Below, piece after piece: positions 31,420 to 32,000 of a stretch of 32,000 nucleotides of DNA. How positions within the stretch are numbered: the stretch's first letter is position 1; the number at the start of each line of letters is the position of its first letter. The position numbers were made by a program, and so were the translations under genes. The stretch is from Patescibacteria group bacterium (lineage in GTDB: Bacteria > Patescibacteriota > Minisyncoccia > UBA6257 > HR35), in assembly GCA_030549845.1 (NCBI GenBank), contig JAUQQN010000001.1:270001-302000 (forward strand), written 5' to 3'. Below the pieces are notes generated by a model. That model did no database searches. It was not told where the DNA came from and saw only the letters and a program-made list of their open reading frames with translations.

Positions 31420-32000
31420 ATGGCAAAGAAAAAAGAAGAAAATACAAAATCCGATTTAGATAGCTTAATAAAAGAACTCCAAAAAGAATTTGGCGAAGGC
31501 TCTGTAATGAAATTAGAAGAAGTTCCTAAAGTTGACGTTGAAGTAATATCTACAGGTTCTCCTTCTTTAGACCTTGCTTTAGGAGTAGGAGGACTTCCCA
31601 GAGGAAGAATTGTAGAAATTTTTGGTCCTGAAGCAAGTGGTAAGACAACTGTTGCTTTAGAAACAATAGCAGAAGCTCAAAAAAAGGGCGGTAATGTTGC
31701 ATTTGTAGACGTAGAGCATGCATTAGATCCAGAATATGCAAAAAAAATTGGAGTAGATATAAATAAAATAATAATTTCTCAACCAGATTCAGGAGAAGAT
31801 GCCTTAAACTTAGTAGAAAGACTTGTAAAGTCGGGATTGTTTGATGTTATAGTAATAGACTCAGTAGCAGCTTTAGCTCCAAAAGCAGAATTAGAAGGTG
31901 AAATAGGAGAGCACTATATAGGATTACAAGCTAGACTGCTTTCTCAAGCACTGAGAAAACTAACAGCGATAATTTCCAAAACAAAGACAATTGTTATATT
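31420..32000 (+). CDS. recA: Recombinase RecA (3' end truncated by the window). Not in the ORF track because no stop is reached.
   Basis: Manual translation from the ATG at 31420 gives [34 protein letters not shown]...[38 protein letters not shown]...[20 protein letters not shown]...[38 protein letters not shown]. The Walker A motif (GPEASGKTT) and RecA signature blocks are present. Confidence 0.97.
   Translation, partial: MAKKKEENTKSDLDSLIKELQKEFGEGSVMKLEEVPKVDVEVISTGSPSLDLALGVGGLPRGRIVEIFGPEASGKTTVALETIAEAQKKGGNVAFVDVEHALDPEYAKKIGVDINKIIISQPDSGEDALNLVERLVKSGLFDVIVIDSVAALAPKAELEGEIGEHYIGLQARLLSQALRKLTAIISKTKTIVI

Noticed and set aside
31550-31741. 63-aa minus-strand ORF
   Set aside because: It lies entirely inside the recA coding sequence on the opposite strand. 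recA is unambiguous.
1-32000. Alternative genetic code (UGA recoded, as in some candidate phyla or Mollicutes)
   Set aside because: TGA serves as the stop in several ATGA start/stop overlaps (e.g. 9839-9842 and 28678-28681). All conserved genes are full length under the standard code.
1-32000. CRISPR arrays, IS elements, transposases, toxin-antitoxin pairs or recognisable phage-defence genes
   Set aside because: I saw no regularly spaced direct repeats, no terminal inverted repeats flanking an ORF, and no transposase, integrase or nuclease-ATPase defence-type motif sets. YraN and the HD protein are single conserved housekeeping-type genes.

Overview
By eye this window is AT-rich and very gene-dense. 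Most intergenic gaps are under 40 nt, and many genes share ATGA or TAATG start/stop overlaps. It covers the replication-origin neighbourhood of a small-genome, probably monoderm bacterium. The gene content and style resemble Candidate Phyla Radiation/Patescibacteria, but that lineage call is inference. TGA is used as a stop codon, so the standard bacterial code applies.

Recognisable core genes:
- Cell envelope and division: a class A PBP (5' end at the window edge), yidC, an ftsB-like gene and a prsW-like gene.
- Replication and repair: dnaN, dnaA, nth, rnhA, ssb and recA (3' end cut by the window).
- Translation: rpmH (missed by the ORF track), rnpA, leuS, a short valS and rpsF.
- Other: yraN, hsp20, an HD hydrolase and a DJ-1/PfpI protein.
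- RNA genes: an orphan 5S rRNA, tRNA-Thr(CGU), tRNA-Ile(UAU) and tRNA-Val(UAC).

The stand-out feature is a ~14 kb, 12-gene minus-strand operon (5857-19916) wedged between yidC and tRNA-Thr. It encodes a monoderm-type type IV secretion-like core:
- a VirB6/TrbL-like polytopic membrane protein with a long coiled-coil tail;
- a PrgI/VirB3-like protein;
- a VirB4 ATPase split into 209-aa and 598-aa ORFs;
- a VirB2/TrbC-like membrane hairpin fused to an MltA/3D-type lytic transglycosylase.

The operon also holds a 1102-aa secreted coiled-coil giant and six further envelope or unknown proteins. No relaxase, coupling ATPase, integrase or att repeat is visible.

Other points of interest are tRNAs embedded in mRNA operons with ORF starts 0-5 nt from the tRNA 3' end, a UAU-anticodon tRNA-Ile, a 5S rRNA unlinked from 23S with its own extended -10 promoter, convergent gene overlaps, and a general lack of Shine-Dalgarno motifs.
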